A stretch of 64,000 nt of DNA from Chitinophagales bacterium (GCA_038326325.1 JBBQJW010000017.1:2009-66008), one strand, 5' to 3'. Counted from the first letter of the stretch, positions 38,643 through 49,825 are shown. The notes: generated by a model from the sequence alone, not told the origin. Made by a program: numbers and translations.

Positions 38643-40037
38643 TTAATTCAGGGCAGGTTGTGAAACTTCAACAGGTATTCCCTGTTTTGTAATTTCAACA
38701 TAACCGCCTTTAATATTTTTTATCAAGTCAAAACCTTTTCGTTTTAAAATTGAAGCAGCTATCATACTTCTATAACCTGCCTGGCAGTGAACATATAGTC
38801 GATCTGTAGGTTTTAATTCATTCAATGAATCATCGAAATTTTGCAACACACAATTCTCTGCGTTTTCAATATGACCAGCATCGAATTCATTTTCTTTTCG
38901 CACATCAACTACCATTATATCTTTTTCATGTTTTAAATCTAATTGAAATTCTTCTGCATCAATTGTAATTATCAGGTCAGTGGGTTTACCTGAGGTTTGC
39001 CATTCAGAAAAACCACCATTTAAATATCCAATAACATTTTCGTAACCCACACGAGCCAGGCGAAGAATACTTTCTGTTTCTTTTCCTGTTTCAGTTACAA
39101 GAATTAAAGGTTGATTAATATTAATTAAAGTTCCAACCCATTCAGCAAAGCGACCATTCAATCCAATATTAATTGCGCTTTTAATAAATCCATTTTCAAA
39201 ATCATCAGCATTTCTTGTGTCGAGAACTAATGCACCCTTATTAATTTCATTTTCAAATTCTGTTACACCTAATGCTTTTGTATTTCTACTCATAATATCA
39301 TCCAGAAAAGAATAACCTTTTTTATTTATCTGGGCATTCAATGGAAAATAAGCAGGTGGTGCAGCTAATCCAGTGGTAATATTTTTTATAAACTCATTGC
39401 GAGTCATATCCTTTAAAGCATAGTTCAGCTTTTTCTGTTCTCCTATTGTGCTGAAAGTTTCTTTTCCAATATTTTTTCCGCACGAAGAACCAGGTCCATG
39501 GGCAGGATAAACAATCACATTATCATCTAATTTTTTCAATGTATTATTTAATGAGTCATACATCATTCCAGCTAACTCTTCTTTTGAAATATTTGCACCA
39601 AATAAGTCAGGGCGACCTACATCACCAACAAATAAAGTATCGCCGGTAAATACACAATAAGGTTTTCCTTCTCGATTTCTTAAAAGATAGCAACTTGACT
39701 CAGGTGTGTGTCCAGGTGTGTGTAACACTTCTATTTCACTGTTGCCAATTTTAAAAAGCTCACCATCTTTTGCCACATAAATTTTATAATCAGTTTTCGC
39801 ATTTGGACCGTAAATAATTTTTGCGCCCGTTTTTTTAGCGAGGTCAATATGACCACTTACAAAGTCAGCATGAAAGTGTGTTTCAAAAACATACTTGATT
39901 TTAACACCCGCTTTTTCAGCTTTATCAATATAAGTCTGGTAATCACGAAGAGGATCAATCACAGCAGCTTCTCCATTACTTGAAATAAAATAGGCAGCTT
40001 CTGAAAGACAATTAGTATAAAGTTGTTCAACAGTCAT
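38643..40037 (-). CDS. MBL-fold hydrolase fused to two rhodanese domains (persulfide dioxygenase-like)
   Basis: ETHFHADF, HTPGHTPES and a C-terminal CQAGYRS rhodanese active-site loop. Confidence 0.85.
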   Translation of the reverse strand: MTVEQLYTNCLSEAAYFISSNGEAAVIDPLRDYQTYIDKAEKAGVKIKYVFETHFHADFVSGHIDLAKKTGAKIIYGPNAKTDYKIYVAKDGELFKIGNSEIEVLHTPGHTPESSCYLLRNREGKPYCVFTGDTLFVGDVGRPDLFGANISKEELAGMMYDSLNNTLKKLDDNVIVYPAHGPGSSCGKNIGKETFSTIGEQKKLNYALKDMTRNEFIKNITTGLAAPPAYFPLNAQINKKGYSFLDDIMSRNTKALGVTEFENEINKGALVLDTRNADDFENGFIKSAINIGLNGRFAEWVGTLININQPLILVTETGKETESILRLARVGYENVIGYLNGGFSEWQTSGKPTDLIITIDAEEFQLDLKHEKDIMVVDVRKENEFDAGHIENAENCVLQNFDDSLNELKPTDRLYVHCQAGYRSMIAASILKRKGFDLIKNIKGGYVEITKQGIPVEVSQPALN

Positions 40038-40198
40038 TGTATGAGTTTGTTGTTTAAGAGACGCAAAAGTAAAACATGAAATGAACTGAAAAATTCAATT
40101 TATGACCTTTTATTAAATGTGTTTTAAGGAAACTATTTAAGAATGGTAGCGAATAAGACCCTTGAAATACCTTAAAAAGCACACTAATAATATTTAAA

Positions 40199-43192
40199 AT
40201 GCCTGAGTTAGTAGCGCATAAATCATCCGATTTTCGTCCACGGGAAGCAGAAAACAAACAGTTAATCAATCTGTATAGGTTGTTTAGCATAACAGGCGCA
40301 ATCGTTTACCCAACATTTTATTTCATATTCAAATATGCATTTCCTGAGAATCATGATTCATTTTTACTGCGTGTGATAATGTCGGCTTTATGTCTTGGAA
40401 TATTTTTTACGACTTATACCGAAAAAGTATTTATAGAGAATTTGAATAGCATTCTTTTTCTCATTTCTTTTTGCGGAGTAGCACACTTTACTTACCTGTT
40501 ATGGGTAAATGATTTCCATGTTTTTTATTACATTGGATTTCTATTAACAGTATTTGCATTCAGTTTCACTTTAAAGCGATTAATAAATCTTTGGTTGTTT
40601 CTTATTTTTTCATTAGTGGCTGTAACAGTTTCAGCATTTAATATTTTAGATGCTCGTGATGCCTCATTCTATATTTTCTCATCAGGACTTATGTTCTCTG
40701 TTATTTCAATTCTGTTATCACACAAACTTCAGACAGAGGAAGAATCAAACTTAGGAACATACTTACTTGAATCACTTTATCAGGAATCGCCTGATGCAAT
40801 CATTATTGTTGAGAAAAAAGAAGACCGCATTCTTCGTATTAATAAAAAAGCACTTTCACTTTTTAATATTGATGATGAAGAAAAATTCGGATACCTGCCA
40901 CTTCATGAATTAGTAGGAAGAAACCTGAATGAATCAAAAACAATTTTATCACTCGACATTAATAACAGTGATAAAATTTGGGTGAATGTGGCTCGAGAAG
41001 ATTTTTCTATTCAAGGAACCGATTATGGAATTATTCGCCTGCTTGATATTTCTGCCGATAAAAAATTATCGGATGAATTAAGAATGAAGGACGCACTGTT
41101 AAGTGGTGTAACAGAAGCAAGCACAAGTCTTTTGCAGAAAAAAGATTTTCAATCTGCCATCAAAGAGGCGATTAAGTTGCTTGGTAAAGCAACTCATGTT
41201 GATAGAGTTTATGTTTATGAAAATAATATTGATGATGCTACAGGAAAAACGATTTTCAGTCATCGTTATGAATGGATAAAAGAAACAGACTCATTCAGAA
41301 TTAATCGTCAGCAATTACAAAATATTTTTTACGATGATTTTTTTCCGCGCTGGGAAAAAGAAATGAGTATAGGAAAGACAATTAAGGGAAATGTTGAAGA
41401 TTTTCCAATAACAGAAAAAGTGATTTTAGGAAATAGAAAAACTCAATCACTGATTGTTGTACCTATTTCTATTGACGATAGATTCAGTGGATTTATTGGT
41501 TTTGATAACTGCCATAGCAAACAAGAATGGAGTTACATTGAAGAAAGTATTTTGCGTTCAGCAGCAGCAGCAATTTCCGGAGCAATAAGCAAGCAAACAA
41601 AAGAGCGCGAAATTGTTTTAGCAATGGAAGCAACTGAATCTGCATCAAAGGCTAAAGAAAGTTTCCTCGCCAATGTGAGCCATGAAATTCGCACCCCGAT
41701 GAATGGAATAATTGGCCTTACTCAACTGTTACAAAAGTCGAAACTTGATGATAAGCAAACACAATATATTACTGCAATAAAACAATCGTCGGAGCACTTG
41801 CTTGTTATCATCAATGACTTGCTTGACTTTTCAAAAATTGTAGCGGGGCAAATGGAATTCGAAAATATTGAGTTCGATTTAACATCACTGCTTTATAACA
41901 TCAATCAGACTTACGGTAATCGTGCGCTTGATAAAGGAATTTATTTACATGCTGATATTTCGGATGATGTTCCTAAAAAAATCATGGGCGACCCCGTTCG
42001 ATTAAATCAGGTGTTGGTCAATCTCGTTGGAAACTCAATCAAGTTTACTGAGCAGGGAGGTGTAACAATTCGAATCAGAAGTTTAGAAAATGAAAATAAT
42101 ATTCAACGACTTCGGTTCAGTATTGATGATACCGGAATTGGAATTCCAGTGGATAAATTAGATTCAATTTTCGAAAGCTTTAAACAGGCAAGTAAAGAGA
42201 CCGCCCGCAAATACGGAGGAACAGGATTAGGATTAAGCATCGTAAAAAAATTAATTGATGCGCAAAATGGAAAAGTATGGGTAGAGAGCAATCTCGGACA
42301 TGGTTCAAGTTTTATTTTTGAATTGAACTTTGAATTGCCTTCGGAGAAAAAAATAAGTGTAACAGTTTCAACTAACTATCACCAACTTACGGGAGTAAAT
42401 ATTCTTTTAGCTGAAGACAACATGGTGAATCAATTGCTCGCTAATGATTTGATTTCGGAATGGGGAGCACAAATTGATATTGCCGACAATGGAGAAATTG
42501 CAATCAATAAACTTCGTCAGAAAAAATATGATTTGATCTTAATGGATGTGCAGATGCCGATTGTGAACGGACTGGAAGCAACCGAAATCATTCGAAACTA
42601 CTCTGATGTAGCACTCCAGTCAATTCCGATAATTGCAATGACTGCAAATGCAATTAAAGGCGACAACGAAAAATGTATATCTGCCGGAATGAATGACTAC
42701 ATCACAAAGCCCTTTAAACCCCTTGATTTGAATAATAAAATTTGGCAGTACCTTTCGAAAGAAAAACAAAGTGTTGCCGAAGGAATAACCGTACAAACAA
42801 AAAATTCTTCAGCTGTGGAACAGGAATTTACATCAACCATCATCAACCTCATGAACCTTAAAGAATTTTCGAGAGGTAAAAATGATTTCTTAGTAAAGAT
42901 GCTTGGGTTACTACTCGAGCAAACTCCGCCTGCTGTTCAGCAAATAGGTGATGCAATACCAAATTGTGATTGGGATACTGTTCGCAGCCTTGCGCACAAG
43001 ATGAAACCAAATATTGGCTTGCTTGGAAATCCTGATTTAGATGTATTGATTTTAAAATTAGAAAAAAATTCTGATGCAAAAACTGAATTAGAAACTCTTC
43101 CTGAAGTTTATAATAGTTTCAATCAGTTATTAATTCCTGCATTGGATGAAGCCCGAAAAGCCCATGCCTTCTATGGTTCAGCCAAATCGTAA
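40199..43192 (+). CDS. hybrid sensor histidine kinase (membrane, PAS/GAF, HisKA, HATPase, REC, HPt)
   Basis: H-box FLANVSHEIRTPMNG, GTGLGLSIV, receiver DLILMDVQMP and a C-terminal HPt HKMKPN. Confidence 0.9.
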   Translation: MPELVAHKSSDFRPREAENKQLINLYRLFSITGAIVYPTFYFIFKYAFPENHDSFLLRVIMSALCLGIFFTTYTEKVFIENLNSILFLISFCGVAHFTYLLWVNDFHVFYYIGFLLTVFAFSFTLKRLINLWLFLIFSLVAVTVSAFNILDARDASFYIFSSGLMFSVISILLSHKLQTEEESNLGTYLLESLYQESPDAIIIVEKKEDRILRINKKALSLFNIDDEEKFGYLPLHELVGRNLNESKTILSLDINNSDKIWVNVAREDFSIQGTDYGIIRLLDISADKKLSDELRMKDALLSGVTEASTSLLQKKDFQSAIKEAIKLLGKATHVDRVYVYENNIDDATGKTIFSHRYEWIKETDSFRINRQQLQNIFYDDFFPRWEKEMSIGKTIKGNVEDFPITEKVILGNRKTQSLIVVPISIDDRFSGFIGFDNCHSKQEWSYIEESILRSAAAAISGAISKQTKEREIVLAMEATESASKAKESFLANVSHEIRTPMNGIIGLTQLLQKSKLDDKQTQYITAIKQSSEHLLVIINDLLDFSKIVAGQMEFENIEFDLTSLLYNINQTYGNRALDKGIYLHADISDDVPKKIMGDPVRLNQVLVNLVGNSIKFTEQGGVTIRIRSLENENNIQRLRFSIDDTGIGIPVDKLDSIFESFKQASKETARKYGGTGLGLSIVKKLIDAQNGKVWVESNLGHGSSFIFELNFELPSEKKISVTVSTNYHQLTGVNILLAEDNMVNQLLANDLISEWGAQIDIADNGEIAINKLRQKKYDLILMDVQMPIVNGLEATEIIRNYSDVALQSIPIIAMTANAIKGDNEKCISAGMNDYITKPFKPLDLNNKIWQYLSKEKQSVAEGITVQTKNSSAVEQEFTSTIINLMNLKEFSRGKNDFLVKMLGLLLEQTPPAVQQIGDAIPNCDWDTVRSLAHKMKPNIGLLGNPDLDVLILKLEKNSDAKTELETLPEVYNSFNQLLIPALDEARKAHAFYGSAKS

Positions 43193-43382
43193 AATTATTT
43201 TATTCTTAACGGTAACTTAACATTAGCATTCGTAAAACCGACTGCCCATTACTATCTACAAATTAACCTTTAAATAATTCTGTCTGGCGGTTATTGTTGG
43301 TGCTTTATCGAAACGGATTATGTTCCTGTTTCTTGTATGATACTTTTGGACAACAGAGAAAAAGAATTCTCTAATCTACTTA

Positions 43383-43754
43383 ATGAAAAAAACACTACTT
43401 GTTGTTGATGACGAATTAAGCATTCGTTTACTTCTCGAACATTTTCTCGGGGAAGAATACAATGTAGTTACAAAGGAAGATGGAAAAACTGCTTTTGATT
43501 GGTTAGAAAAAGGAAATCACACAGATTTAATTTTAGCTGACCTTGAAATGCCGAAAGTTGATGGATTTGAATTGTTAGTAAAACTTCGCGACAATAAACA
43601 AACACAATCTATTCCCTGTATGGTTGTTACTGGAAAAGCAAAAACTGATAACTACATGAAATCATTTCGACTGGGAGCAATGGATTTTTTACAGAAGCCG
43701 TTCACACCCGAAGAAATAAAAAACAGGGTTGAGATTATTTTGAGAGAGAAATAG
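43383..43754 (+). CDS. single-domain response regulator (REC)
   Basis: LLVVDDE, DLILADLEMPKVDG and KP. Confidence 0.9.
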   Translation: MKKTLLVVDDELSIRLLLEHFLGEEYNVVTKEDGKTAFDWLEKGNHTDLILADLEMPKVDGFELLVKLRDNKQTQSIPCMVVTGKAKTDNYMKSFRLGAMDFLQKPFTPEEIKNRVEIILREK

Positions 43755-43779
43755 ATTTAAAAACACAACTGAAACTAAA

Positions 43780-44193
43780 ATGATGATTGTATTTGTTAAC
43801 CACGATAAAGGACTACGAGAGACATTCATGAATACTTTTCATCAGACAAGTAAAGTGTTTTGTTTTGGCGATATGTTTGAAGCATATAAATGGATCAGAA
43901 AGCATGATAAATCTCCGGATGTAATTATTACCGAAGTTGATTTACAAGATCCATCAGGATTACAAACACTCAAATTTTTAGAAACGAAAAGCAAGCTAAA
44001 AGAAACAAAGTTGATTGCATTTACACCCGAACCTGCTGCCAAGGAAGAAATATCTTTAGTCGTTTCAGAAGGAGCCGATGCAGTTTTCACAACAGCAACA
44101 TTATTAAGTGATGTGAGTTCTTACTTAAAATATCTTGAATCAACAAGCACATCAACAAAAAGCGGAAACCCAAAATCGACCGATAAAAAATAA
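43780..44193 (+). CDS. atypical receiver-like protein (acidic pocket and phospho-acceptor replaced)
   Basis: Has REC-like spacing, but shows VNHD in place of DD and PDVIITEVDL (Glu at the acceptor position). Confidence 0.6.
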   Translation: MMIVFVNHDKGLRETFMNTFHQTSKVFCFGDMFEAYKWIRKHDKSPDVIITEVDLQDPSGLQTLKFLETKSKLKETKLIAFTPEPAAKEEISLVVSEGADAVFTTATLLSDVSSYLKYLESTSTSTKSGNPKSTDKK

Positions 44194-44290
44194 TTTATAA
44201 GCGAATTTCAGTCGGTTAATATTTCTGTAACGCCGATTAAACGCAATATTTAGAAGTTAATATTATTTTTGACCAACTCCAATTTTTATC

Positions 44291-44977
44291 ATGAAGTGCT
44301 TAGTTGTTGATGACGATAAAATTTCTCGCGAATTAGTTTGCGAATGCATTAAAGAAACCGAATGGTTAATTCTCTCCAGTGTTTGCAAAAGCGCAATTGA
44401 AGCTTCAAATTACTTGAGTAATAATGAAGTTGATTTGATTTTTCTTGATGTAGAAATGCCGAAGATGAGCGGACTTGAATTATTAAAAAGTCTAAATCAC
44501 AAACCACAAGTAATTTTAATTACAGCGAAAGAAAAATATGCTGTTGAAGCTTTTGAATATGAGGTGACTGATTTTTTAGTTAAGCCGGTTAATCATACTC
44601 GTTTTTTAAAAGCAGTTCAAAAAGTAAAAACAAAGAATAAACCCTCATCCATTGAATCGGTTAACGGAGGAAATATTTTTATTAAAGTTGATTCTGAATT
44701 AATCAATTTGAGTACGAGCGAAATTTTGTGGATTGAAGCATTGGGAGATTATGTGAATTTCATAACCCCTACAAAAAAATATGTGGTGCTCAGCACCATG
44801 AAAAATATTGAAACAAAATTGCCGCCATCAGAATTTGCGCGTGTGCATCGCTCTTATCTTGTTCGTATTGATAAAATAAAAAAGATTTCAGAAGATATTA
44901 TTCTGGTAGAGAATAAATTGATTCCAGTGAGTAAGTCATACAAAAAAGATTTACTTGAGCGTTTAACTACTCTGTGA
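44291..44977 (+). CDS. LytR/AlgR family response regulator (REC + LytTR)
   Basis: DLIFLDVEMPKMSG and the LytTR segment ILWIEALGDYVNF...FARVHRSYLVRIDKI. Confidence 0.9.
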   Translation: MKCLVVDDDKISRELVCECIKETEWLILSSVCKSAIEASNYLSNNEVDLIFLDVEMPKMSGLELLKSLNHKPQVILITAKEKYAVEAFEYEVTDFLVKPVNHTRFLKAVQKVKTKNKPSSIESVNGGNIFIKVDSELINLSTSEILWIEALGDYVNFITPTKKYVVLSTMKNIETKLPPSEFARVHRSYLVRIDKIKKISEDIILVENKLIPVSKSYKKDLLERLTTL

Positions 44978-46656
44978 AAAATTTAGTAGCCGCGAATTAT
45001 TTTTTACTTAATTTTTTTTTAGTAATTATTTTTTGCATCGGGTTTTCTGGTTGTGCGAATGTTGTTGCTCCAACGGGTGGAACAAAAGATATTCTTCCAC
45101 CGAAAATAATTTCATCAACACCAAAAAATTTAACAACTAATTTTAAGAGCAAGGAAATTAAAATCTCTTTCGACGAATATTTTTCGTTGAATAACCCTGC
45201 GACTGAAATTTATTTATCGCCGATTGCAAATGGTAAATTGAAATGGAGAACAAGGAAGAAAAATCTATTTATCACACTTCCTGATTCAATGAAAGAAAAC
45301 ACCACCTACACTATTCATTTCGGAAATTCAATTCAGGATATTACTGAACAGAATAAATTGGAAGGACTGAATTATGTGTTCTCTACAGGGCCGGTGATTG
45401 ATTCATTTCGAATTCAGGGAATAGTGATGGATGCAAAAACTCAAAAACAACAGAAGGGATTTTTAGTGATGCTGTATTCTTCATCCGATGATTCGGTTGT
45501 TGCGAAAAATAAACCGGATTATTTCGCACGAACAAATGAAAGCGGAGAATTTGTTTTGGATTATTTGCACGAGGGAAAGTATCACCTGTTTTGTTTGAGC
45601 GACCAGAACGGAAATTATTTGTACGACCAACCGAATGAAGAAATTGCTTTTGTTGACACAATGATTTCGGTTCACGATACAACTGCATTTTATTCTCTCC
45701 ATTCATTTCTTCCAACCCAACTGAAGACAGTTTTGCTGTCTTCATCATCGGCAGATAACAAGAAAATTTCTTTTGCTTTCAACCATGAGGTGAAAGATTT
45801 TTCTCTTCAATTAATTTCAGATTCAACTAAAATTCTGTTTCAATCAAAAAATAAAACGGGCGATACACTTTATGCCTGGATAGAAACAAAACAAATTGAT
45901 AGTATTTTTTTTCAGTTGAATTTGAATAGTGAAACTGATACAGTTGCTGTTCGATTAAAATCTTCATCAACTCCGACGAAGGGATTGAATAATAAATTTT
46001 CTATCCGGACAAATCTTGTGGGGTCAAAAAATAATTATGGATTGTTGCCTGATAACCGATTTGAATTGTATTTCTCTTACCCACTGAAAAGTATTGCAAA
46101 AGACATTCTTGCTTCTTTCATTATTGATTCAACAAAGGAGACAAAACGAACATTGTTCTTAAAGAAAACGGATTCACTTACGCAACTTCCATATTCGGTT
46201 TGTAATAATGAATTTCAATCGCAACAGAAATATAAGGTGATAATTCCCGCAGGATTGTTTGAAGATGTTTATGGAAATAAAAGCGACAGTGCGGTTTTTG
46301 AATTCAAACAATTGTCAGAGGAACAAACCGGAAATCTGAAGCTAACTGTTACACTTAAAGACAGCACGAAACATTATTACTCAGAACTGATGCAGGGAAA
46401 TTCAATAGTAAAAGAATGGGCTCTCGAAAACGGAAAAAACTTTTTTTTATTGAAATCATTAACTCCAGGCGCATATAGACTGCAATTCGTTTGCGATGAA
46501 AACGGAAACGGAAAATGGGATTCAGGAGATTACTGGAAGAAGAAACAACCCGAAAAAATTATTCTTTACACTAAAGAAATGACTGTACGACCCAACTGGG
46601 ATTTAGAAATTGAAACAGAGGTTGGTGCAACTTCATTTGGAAAACGGAAGAAATAA
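44974..46656 (+). CDS. Ig-like (SbsA_Ig-type) domain lipoprotein/secreted protein
   Basis: N-terminal hydrophobic segment with GFSGC, a DILPPKI motif and a GTG start overlapping the upstream stop. Confidence 0.6.
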   Translation: MKNLVAANYFLLNFFLVIIFCIGFSGCANVVAPTGGTKDILPPKIISSTPKNLTTNFKSKEIKISFDEYFSLNNPATEIYLSPIANGKLKWRTRKKNLFITLPDSMKENTTYTIHFGNSIQDITEQNKLEGLNYVFSTGPVIDSFRIQGIVMDAKTQKQQKGFLVMLYSSSDDSVVAKNKPDYFARTNESGEFVLDYLHEGKYHLFCLSDQNGNYLYDQPNEEIAFVDTMISVHDTTAFYSLHSFLPTQLKTVLLSSSSADNKKISFAFNHEVKDFSLQLISDSTKILFQSKNKTGDTLYAWIETKQIDSIFFQLNLNSETDTVAVRLKSSSTPTKGLNNKFSIRTNLVGSKNNYGLLPDNRFELYFSYPLKSIAKDILASFIIDSTKETKRTLFLKKTDSLTQLPYSVCNNEFQSQQKYKVIIPAGLFEDVYGNKSDSAVFEFKQLSEEQTGNLKLTVTLKDSTKHYYSELMQGNSIVKEWALENGKNFFLLKSLTPGAYRLQFVCDENGNGKWDSGDYWKKKQPEKIILYTKEMTVRPNWDLEIETEVGATSFGKRKK

Positions 46657-46663
46657 AACTTTT

Positions 46664-47188
46664 CTACTTTACTTCTTCTTTAAACCACTGAGAATACATC
46701 ACATAATTATTTGCAATTCGCATATTTATTTGTTCGAAATGTTCGGGGCTGATTTCCTTCACCTTTTTTGCCGGAACTCCCGCGTAAATAGAACCTGATT
46801 CAACACGAGTATTTTCAAGCACAACCGAACCGGCGGCTATCAGCGAATTTTTTTCTATCACACAATGGTCCATCACTATCGCACTCATTCCCACCAACAC
46901 ATTGTCTTCAAGTGTGCAGCCGTGCACAATTGCATTGTGACCGATTGATACATTGTTGCCAATTGTGGTTGCCGCCTTTTGATAGGTGCAATGAATTATT
47001 GCGCCATCCTGAATATTCACCCTGTTGCCCATCCGAATTGAATTCACATCACCGCGCACAACAGCATTAAACCAAATAGAACAATCATCACCTGTAACCA
47101 CATCTCCAATAACAATTGCTGTTTCCGCGATATAAATATTTTTTCCAAATACCGGAGTGAAACTGCGAACAGTCTTTATTAAAGCCAT
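46664..47188 (-). CDS. gamma-class carbonic anhydrase / hexapeptide-repeat protein
   Basis: Left-handed beta-helix repeats with the VVRGDVN.I.MG..VNIQDG.IIH pattern. Confidence 0.85.
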   Translation of the reverse strand: MALIKTVRSFTPVFGKNIYIAETAIVIGDVVTGDDCSIWFNAVVRGDVNSIRMGNRVNIQDGAIIHCTYQKAATTIGNNVSIGHNAIVHGCTLEDNVLVGMSAIVMDHCVIEKNSLIAAGSVVLENTRVESGSIYAGVPAKKVKEISPEHFEQINMRIANNYVMYSQWFKEEVK

Positions 47189-47197
47189 TTCGGAAAA

Positions 47198-49825
47198 TTA
47201 TTTTTCAGAATTAATTTGAATATTGTTCGACTGCTTTTCATTTATTTCATCTAACTTTTTCTGGATGTATTGAATGTCCGAATCAAGAGATGAATTATCT
47301 GATTTTTTATTTTCCAATTCATTTTTCACTTGCGATAAAACCCCGGAGGCAGATAGCCGAACCCACAAAGTTTTTGAATCGTTCAGCGCAATTGAGGTAA
47401 GCAAGTCAACTCCCTTCAATCGTGTTGAAGAATGAGTATTCACTAAATAAGTTTTCATAGAAGTCAGCACAGAGAAGATTTCATAACCACTTGCTGTGTT
47501 CATTTTATTTTCAAACCAATCATAATCATCAGCATTTCCTTTCTCAGCTAAAATTGTTGCAAGCGAATAGATCAGGTCATTTGTTTTTTCATTTTTCAAC
47601 GATGAAGCAAGCGTGTATGCCTTTGTTGGATTGTGTGACTGTAACACGGTGAGTGTGGAACCTAACACGCTGTAAGAGCTGTCCTTCATTGTTATATCTG
47701 TAACAGTGTTAATCATATCTTCATCGGTAAGCGAGCTTAATTTATTTAGTGCTTCAGTACGAACATGTGGATTTGGATCAGTCTTTACCAATGAAAATAA
47801 AATTGGTTTTACCTGCATAATTGTTTTTTCATCATCGAGCGCAATCATTTCAACCGCGCTTTTTCTGATGAACCAGAATTTATCATTCAATGCGCTCACT
47901 AAAGTTTGCCGCGATGCTTCATCTAAATCCTGTTCATTTTGAAAATGCTCTACGGCCTCATACCGGTCTAAGAACAGAGCAGCATGATTGAATTGAAACA
48001 CAAAAGCCGAATCATCTTTCATGTCATTCTTCTCCCACAAAATACTTTTCGTTGCATCCACATTTACCAATGAAGGTTTTGTATAAGCAGGAAACGAAAA
48101 AGTTTGTTTCGCCTTTGTCATCATCACTCGATAGCGTTTTACATCAGCGCCTGAATAAACATCAACATCAATCGGAAGTTGAAACACAGGGATTCCTGTT
48201 GTTGTATCCTGTGTTTGCTCAATGGTTACGAACTCAGCATTTGATTCATCGCTGTAAGTGTAATTGACCGTTACACTCGGGTGGCCTTTCGATAAATAAT
48301 ATTCGTTGAAGAACCAATTCAAATCTTCGCCAGTTACTTTTTCAAAAGCCATTCTGAGCGAATGCACTTCACCTGTTCCGAATTTATTTTCGGTGAGATA
48401 AACATTGAGCGATTTAAAAAACGCTTCGTCACCAACATAATTTCGCAACATGTACAACGCGCAACCTCCGCGCTGGTAACTATTCGCATCGAATAAATCT
48501 TCCTGACTTTCATAATGATAACGAATGAGCGGAACAGGATTAGATGCCGCAGCAAGCAGGTATGTATTCTTATCATTAAAAACCTGAAGATCTCCGGCAT
48601 CTTTTCCAAGTTTGTGTTCAAACCAGAGCGATTCGCTGTAATCGGCAAATGATTCGTTGAGCGAAATGTTCGACCATGATTCACATGTAACCAAATCGCC
48701 GAACCAGTGATGAAATAATTCGTGACAAATAATATCATCATGATTACCGTCAATCATTTCGCGATGCGTTTGATTCAGCGCATCGTAATGAACAACGGCT
48801 GTTGTGTTTTCCATTGCACCCGAAACAAAATCGCGAACTACAATCTGCGAATACTTTGGCCACACATAATCAATGCCAAGCAATTTACTGTAACACTCAA
48901 TCATCTCCGGAGTGTTTCCGAAAATTTCTTTTGCATACGGAGCATAGTCTGGCTCTACAAAATAATCTACCGGCATGTTGTGCCACTTGTCGTGTGTGAT
49001 TTTAAAATCGCCAACAGCCATCATAACTAAGTAAGGCGCGATTGGCAAATCCATTTTCCAATGGTCGGTGCGTGTTCCGTTCTTATTATTTTTTGAATCA
49101 ATCATCAGACCATTCGAAAGTGTTACATACGGCGTGTCGACTGTCATATAAATTTCAATCAGTGTTTTCATGTTCGGCTTATCAATGGTTGGATACCATG
49201 CTGAATTCGATTCTGTTTCTCCCTGTGTCCAGATTTGTTTTGGTTTATTCGGCTCTTCTCCTTTCGGATTAATAAAGTACAAACCTTTTGAATCGGTTAT
49301 CGCTGCGCTTCCCTCAGTTTTGCGTTCGTTTGGTTTCGCGGTGTAGTCAATGAAAATTGTATAAGAATCATTTCGTGTATAAACTTTGTTTAAGAAAATA
49401 TGAAGTTGCAATGAATCATAAACATACTGTAACAGTTTATTTCCTGTTGCGGATACCAATTCTACTTTATGAATATCAAAACCTTTCGCATCGAGTGTTA
49501 GTGTGTCAGTTGGATAAAAATGTGGTTTGAAGGTGATGGTCGCTTTTCCCACCATGTGTTGATGTTCCCAGTCAAAATTGACTTCAAGTTTCGTACTGAT
49601 GATGTCGTTGGTGATGGTGTGTGATGGATGATAATCTCCAATCGGCGTTTCATCTTTTGTTGATTCATTCTCACTTGAATAAGATGAATCATAACCGTTT
49701 TCATTATTGTAATTGTATTCATCCTTTTCTCCCTTGTGAAAAATTCCGCAGCCGGAATTAATTGACAGAGTGAAAAAGGAAATTAAAAGGAGGGAGAGAA
49801 AATTTTTTTGTGAATTCAAATTCAT
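47198..49825 (-). CDS. M1 family aminopeptidase with C-terminal HEAT-like repeats
   Basis: GAMEN and HELFHHWFGDLVT...E. The start is set at MNLNSQKNF (49825) with a signal peptide, because the longer track start overlaps the divergent gene. Confidence 0.85.
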   Translation of the reverse strand: MNLNSQKNFLSLLLISFFTLSINSGCGIFHKGEKDEYNYNNENGYDSSYSSENESTKDETPIGDYHPSHTITNDIISTKLEVNFDWEHQHMVGKATITFKPHFYPTDTLTLDAKGFDIHKVELVSATGNKLLQYVYDSLQLHIFLNKVYTRNDSYTIFIDYTAKPNERKTEGSAAITDSKGLYFINPKGEEPNKPKQIWTQGETESNSAWYPTIDKPNMKTLIEIYMTVDTPYVTLSNGLMIDSKNNKNGTRTDHWKMDLPIAPYLVMMAVGDFKITHDKWHNMPVDYFVEPDYAPYAKEIFGNTPEMIECYSKLLGIDYVWPKYSQIVVRDFVSGAMENTTAVVHYDALNQTHREMIDGNHDDIICHELFHHWFGDLVTCESWSNISLNESFADYSESLWFEHKLGKDAGDLQVFNDKNTYLLAAASNPVPLIRYHYESQEDLFDANSYQRGGCALYMLRNYVGDEAFFKSLNVYLTENKFGTGEVHSLRMAFEKVTGEDLNWFFNEYYLSKGHPSVTVNYTYSDESNAEFVTIEQTQDTTTGIPVFQLPIDVDVYSGADVKRYRVMMTKAKQTFSFPAYTKPSLVNVDATKSILWEKNDMKDDSAFVFQFNHAALFLDRYEAVEHFQNEQDLDEASRQTLVSALNDKFWFIRKSAVEMIALDDEKTIMQVKPILFSLVKTDPNPHVRTEALNKLSSLTDEDMINTVTDITMKDSSYSVLGSTLTVLQSHNPTKAYTLASSLKNEKTNDLIYSLATILAEKGNADDYDWFENKMNTASGYEIFSVLTSMKTYLVNTHSSTRLKGVDLLTSIALNDSKTLWVRLSASGVLSQVKNELENKKSDNSSLDSDIQYIQKKLDEINEKQSNNIQINSEK

